A stretch of DNA of 64,000 bases from Azolla caroliniana (taxonomy: Eukaryota; Plantae; Polypodiophyta). A program made the position numbers and the translations under genes. Where the stretch lies: positions 14,074,001 through 14,138,000 of the forward strand of contig JBHGNT010000007.1 of assembly GCA_043228905.1 (NCBI GenBank), read 5' to 3'. The notes below the pieces were generated by a model. It had not been told where the DNA came from and made no database searches. It saw only the letters and a list, made by a program, of their open reading frames with translations. Positions 59,700 through 64,000 of this stretch are shown here, piece after piece. Numbering within the stretch: the first letter of the stretch is position 1; every line of letters begins with the position of its first letter.

Positions 59700-61211
59700 A
59701 TGGAAGAAGAAGAGCAAGGCACCTCCTCTAATGAAGAAGAGGAATTCTATGGCTTCACTTGTATGAGCCTAGGTCCCTCTTCTACTACCTTACCTAATTC
59801 TACCTCCTCTCCTAATTCTGGCTCTAATTATCACCTCCCATTACATCATAATGGTGCTGTCATTGAGAATATGATAGCCCCAGCAGATGAACTCTTCTTC
59901 AAGGGCCAACTCCTCCCACTTGAACTTGATCCAAGACTTAATCTTATGAAAACACTTATCCTCTCATCTAACTCCAACTCCAACCCTAACCCTAACCCTA
60001 ACCCTAACCCTAGCCCTAGCCCTAGTCCTGCCTCATGTCCTAAACCTAACCCTAACTCAAATGCCGCACCTAGCATATATACTAATGGGATTTCATTGCC
60101 ACATTCATCGAGCTTCCGCTCGCACAATTCCAACAATAGTAGCAGTAGCAGTAGTAGTTTAATATGGGAGTCTTTTGATAAAGATGGGTACAATACTAGC
60201 ATAAGTAGCTCTAGTGCCAGTGCTCGCGACTCTAATGGAAGCTCGACCCAAGATGAAGCCTCTTACAACAACAACAACAGCAAGATTCATAACAACAGCA
60301 ACAATAATCATCATCCCTGGACTCGATTGGGTCGGAGGTCGAGCTTTGTATTGCTATGGAAACCTCTCTTTGCAAGCTTTAGGAGAGCAAAATCATCATC
60401 ATCATCATCATCATCATCTAAAACAACACCATTTACAGGCTCCAGAAGTTCTAGTACTACTCAGCCCACTAGTAGCTCCCAAAGGTTCCATACGCTGCCA
60501 CGGATGACATCCAGTTATTCCGAAGATTTGAGTAAGTACCGTGTTTGTGTCGATAGGCACAATGCATATCGGACTAATCAAGTTGTATCCTCGAGCACCG
60601 AATTCAATTGTGCGAGAGTACCCCGCGAAAAAGTAGCAAAGAATGGACCGAGATGTGATCGATCCCTAAAAGATAATGGAGGCTTTCCATCTAATGCGAG
60701 CAGTGGGTATCATAGATCTAATCAAGATCAGAACATCGCTAGGGTGTATAGAGGCGATGATCCACTCCTGGCGGGGCCAAAGGCGAGCGAGATGAAGAGC
60801 AAAAGTAGCAGAGTCGAAGAATACCATGCTATGGGGCATGGGAAGCAAGGTGGGAAATTGTGGCAAGGTTATTCAAGGAGATTGAAAGCTCTCTATGACA
60901 TGAAGATCACAACCAGAGGGATGGTGAATAGTATGGGCCAATTCCGATCCATGGATGATGGGTTTGACATTGAGAGTTGTAAATTTTATAATTATGCCCA
61001 AAATGGAGCTCTCATTAGCAGTCATGGGGGTGTTAATGCCATCATCAACAAGCATGCCAAAGCTAGCAGCACATCACCCTTGACTGCTAATACTGATTCT
61101 AGTACTAGTACTACTAGTAGTATGAGCTCTATGCAAGAGCTGCATAGTGCATTGCAAAGTGCCATTGAGCATTGCAAACAATCCAACAATGCCAAACATG
61201 AGGATCCCTAA
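59700..61211 (+). CDS. BKI1/MAKR-family membrane-associated kinase regulator, intronless, about 503 aa
   Basis: Open 1.5-kb ORF with N-terminal PADELFFKGQLLPL motif, Ser-rich disordered middle and C-terminal SSMQELHSALQSAIEHCKQS motif typical of MAKR proteins; ATG 59700 has good context (ACCATGG). Confidence 0.85.
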   Translation: MEEEEQGTSSNEEEEFYGFTCMSLGPSSTTLPNSTSSPNSGSNYHLPLHHNGAVIENMIAPADELFFKGQLLPLELDPRLNLMKTLILSSNSNSNPNPNPNPNPSPSPSPASCPKPNPNSNAAPSIYTNGISLPHSSSFRSHNSNNSSSSSSSLIWESFDKDGYNTSISSSSASARDSNGSSTQDEASYNNNNSKIHNNSNNNHHPWTRLGRRSSFVLLWKPLFASFRRAKSSSSSSSSSKTTPFTGSRSSSTTQPTSSSQRFHTLPRMTSSYSEDLSKYRVCVDRHNAYRTNQVVSSSTEFNCARVPREKVAKNGPRCDRSLKDNGGFPSNASSGYHRSNQDQNIARVYRGDDPLLAGPKASEMKSKSSRVEEYHAMGHGKQGGKLWQGYSRRLKALYDMKITTRGMVNSMGQFRSMDDGFDIESCKFYNYAQNGALISSHGGVNAIINKHAKASSTSPLTANTDSSTSTTSSMSSMQELHSALQSAIEHCKQSNNAKHEDP

Positions 61212-62796
61212 TTATATTTTGTGTGTTGTGCCGAAAATCCGGTGGAAAATGTATCATTCAACAATAAAACTCAGATGCACTACTCGAAAGAAGTTTTTCG
61301 ATGCAGTCTTCTTGCTCAGAGTTTCCATTGGATTTCACTCACTACACAGCATGCAACATTATGAGCTTCTCCAAACACTAGGTGGAGCATACATCGAGAG
61401 CTAGGTATGGTGAGCGGTAAGTAAGGCGAACTCGATCATTTCCTATGTGGGAGGACCATTGTTTCCCTCATGTTTCCCTACAATGCTCAACAACATTATG
61501 AGCTTTAACACTAGAAAGCTTACAAACAATCTGAGTGTAGCCCATATTGTGAACAGGTCCCACCATATCCAATCATTGGCAGTGCAAACAAATCTGACCA
61601 AAGTGTATTGTGTACATAAAAACCCTTTTGTAGATTTGTGAGAAATTTTGTATGAAGCTTTAAGTGTGTGCTAAGATCTCTTACTTAAAACCAAAGACAG
61701 GATATAAATTGTTGAACTATCTGGTTATTGGGATTCTGTGCTTTGCTTTGCTTTTTGGTGGAAGTTACTGATTTGCATTGTCTTTTGAGTGCTAAGCTGC
61801 CATGTATTTCATCACCATTGTGTCATGATGACATGACACACATGCTTATACATGATTCCACTATATATGTATATATATAGGATACCTATATAAACCCATG
61901 TGACTTGTACAATAGTCATTTCAATTTTCCATCAACACACGCCCAAATGAAAAATTTCCAAGCCTGTGGATGGATGTACCCTAATGTATGTATGTATGTA
62001 TGTATGTTCTCTATGCACATAACATTATGTATGAATGAATGTATGCTGGAAAAACATCATACATAAGTACATAAACAGTAGGTACTACTAACCTACATGT
62101 ATGTATGTCATGTAGTAAATACATACACATGCATGGGATGGTAGTGAATGTACATATCATCATCATGTGACCACATCATAGTAATCATTAAGGTGGGGAG
62201 GGGCTAATAAAACTCTTAAAAGCAAGAGTGTTTTAGGATAAGCTGACACATGCATCTGTATATGCATGTATGTATATATATTAATTAAGAGCAAGCATTA
62301 AATACATGTTGAGGCATACATTATAACAATCAAATGTTAAATATGTAAAAGGAGAGCTTTGTATGTATATTGAATGCTGTATACCAATAATTGCAGGTAA
62401 AACCAACAACCAGCAGTGAGAGATTGATCTTCTCAATGCACACACACACACAGAGAAATGTGATCTTTGCACTCAATACATATGCATTGAAATCTGAGCC
62501 TTGTTTTGTAATGTTTTTGAGAGAGTTTTGTGTGTGGGAACACATTAAAAACACTCTCTCATCCGTGCATCTTTCTGCAACACCCAAAAACAAAACAGAG
62601 CATTAAATGCTCTCTCTCTCTCTCTCTCTCTCTGTCTGTCTACCAACAGGACACTCTCTTCCTTTTCCAACACTTCTCACTCACTCTTTTTTACTTTCCT
62701 TCTTCTAGAAACTAGACACAACCCCACCCCAAGTGAAGGAAGAAGGCCTTATTATGTAACAAGAAGAAGTTTTCATTTTAGTCATTTGCTTTTTTC

Positions 62797-63348
62797 ATGA
62801 GGCCTTTTCGTATGGTCGGTCACTTTGGTTCACTCAACCGAATCAACAAACAAAGCGCTTACACTTCTGTCTCCTCCGCCCGACCTTCCAAGGATTCGAA
62901 AAAGAAAGAAAGAAAGAAACCACGGAAGAGGGAAAACCACAAGGCCCCTCACCCCGAGATGATCCGATGGCAAAGGGACGACAGAAACCACAATGGTTCT
63001 CGCCTTTACTTTCTTCTTCCTTTTCCTCAACTTTCTCCAGATTGTATAGAATATAGATAAAGACGCTCTCATGCGGTGGGGAGGGGGACAATAAAACAAG
63101 AGTTCGTTTGCTTGGCCACGAAACAAAGGATCCAAATTCTCGGCTTTTCTTGTCGCTTGCTTTCTAGGCCTAATGTGTTTGGGAAACCTTTCCTTTGCTA
63201 ATAGTTAGAGCTTCCTTTTCATTTATGGGAATAAAAACTATACACATATACTTCCATCGGGTTCTATTCCCTTTATAAATATTTTCAACCAACAAGCTCA
63301 ACGACTCAATGAGTGTTATGGTGAATGAGGGAACCTTTTTCCACAACA
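62797..63348 (-). mobile_element. Probable copia solo LTR remnant
   Basis: Minus strand starts TGTTGTGGAAAAAGGTTCCCTC (cf. TGTTGGGAAAACAGGTCC at 12986), has TATAAAGGGAATAG and GTGGTTTTCCC motifs shared with other LTRs here; left boundary and TSD not resolved. Confidence 0.55.
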
Positions 63349-63548
63349 CTATTTAGGGTCAATATGGGCAAGTAACCACATGTCAAAGACTTGAAATCCC
63401 CCCATCATAAGCAACCATCATGACTTTAAACTCGAGACGTAGAGGCCCACCACTCTGCCATTTAAAGCCACCCCCTTCTATCTTCAAACCTCAATACTAG
63501 AAATATTTCAGAGATATCCTTCCAAGCTCATCAATTTTGAACAAAGAC

Positions 63549-63698
63549 TGAATTTTGCATAATCTCTTTTAGCAATTTGGATCATTTTGTCTACATATCC
63601 TTTAGTTCCCATATATCCTTCCAAACCAATCGATCATGATAAATGAGTGAATTTTGCATAATCTTTTAACAAGTTGAGTCATTTTGTCTACATATCCT
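63549..63698. repeat. Direct repeat of about 50 bp with about 99-bp period
   Basis: TGAATTTTGCATAATCT..TCATTTTGTCTACATATCCT at about 63549 and 63648. Confidence 0.7.
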
Positions 63699-64000
63699 AA
63701 ACTTTAAGCCTAATAAACATAACTAAAAGTATTTGGGTCGTATTAGTGAGTGTCAAGGAGCATGAGAGTGCTCGATGTACAACCGTGACTTGGCAAAATA
63801 TTCTCAAATATATATGTCATGTTTTTCTTTAAAGAATTCAACGTCATTACTTGATTATAAAATGGTACTTCAAAATTTGATGAAACGTCTTATGCATAAC
63901 AAGTGTATATTAGATGAAAGGAACTTAAGCTCAAACCATCCTAACAAGTTCTATTGGCATGATAAAGGGTCTTATTATGCACACCCCTATTTATGACATG

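Noticed and set aside
59984-60030. Interstitial telomere or chromosome-fusion site
   Set aside because: Only a few CCCTAA units grading into CCCTAG, in frame within a low-complexity CDS.

Overview
Plant nuclear DNA, most likely from a non-seed plant such as a fern (inferred from Tcn1-type chromoviruses alongside a MAKR gene). About 1-56.6 kb is a deeply nested stack of decayed retroelements: at least six Ty1/copia pieces, four copies of an Athila-like non-chromovirus Ty3/gypsy group with an extra 3' ORF, Tcn1-like chromoviruses, L1-type LINE remnants, solo LTRs and two hAT-type MITEs. The only intact host gene is an intronless BKI1/MAKR-family gene (59700-61211, +). Most unusual signal: in three diverged copies of the Athila-like group there is no polypurine tract before the 3' LTR. 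In its place is a covarying hairpin plus a sense copy of a tRNA-Arg-like 3' end (..GCGTGCCA, 2 nt before the LTR), i.e. a second, inverted PBS, which suggests tRNA- or tRNA-mimic-primed plus-strand synthesis. Also notable: two chromovirus families with Tf1-style self-priming PBSs, outward-facing tRNA-like A/B-box modules in U3 of three unrelated LTR families, and two elements inserted exactly at the 3' terminus of one solo-LTR family (one case with a triplicated TSD). All boundaries and similarities were read by eye; no searches were run.
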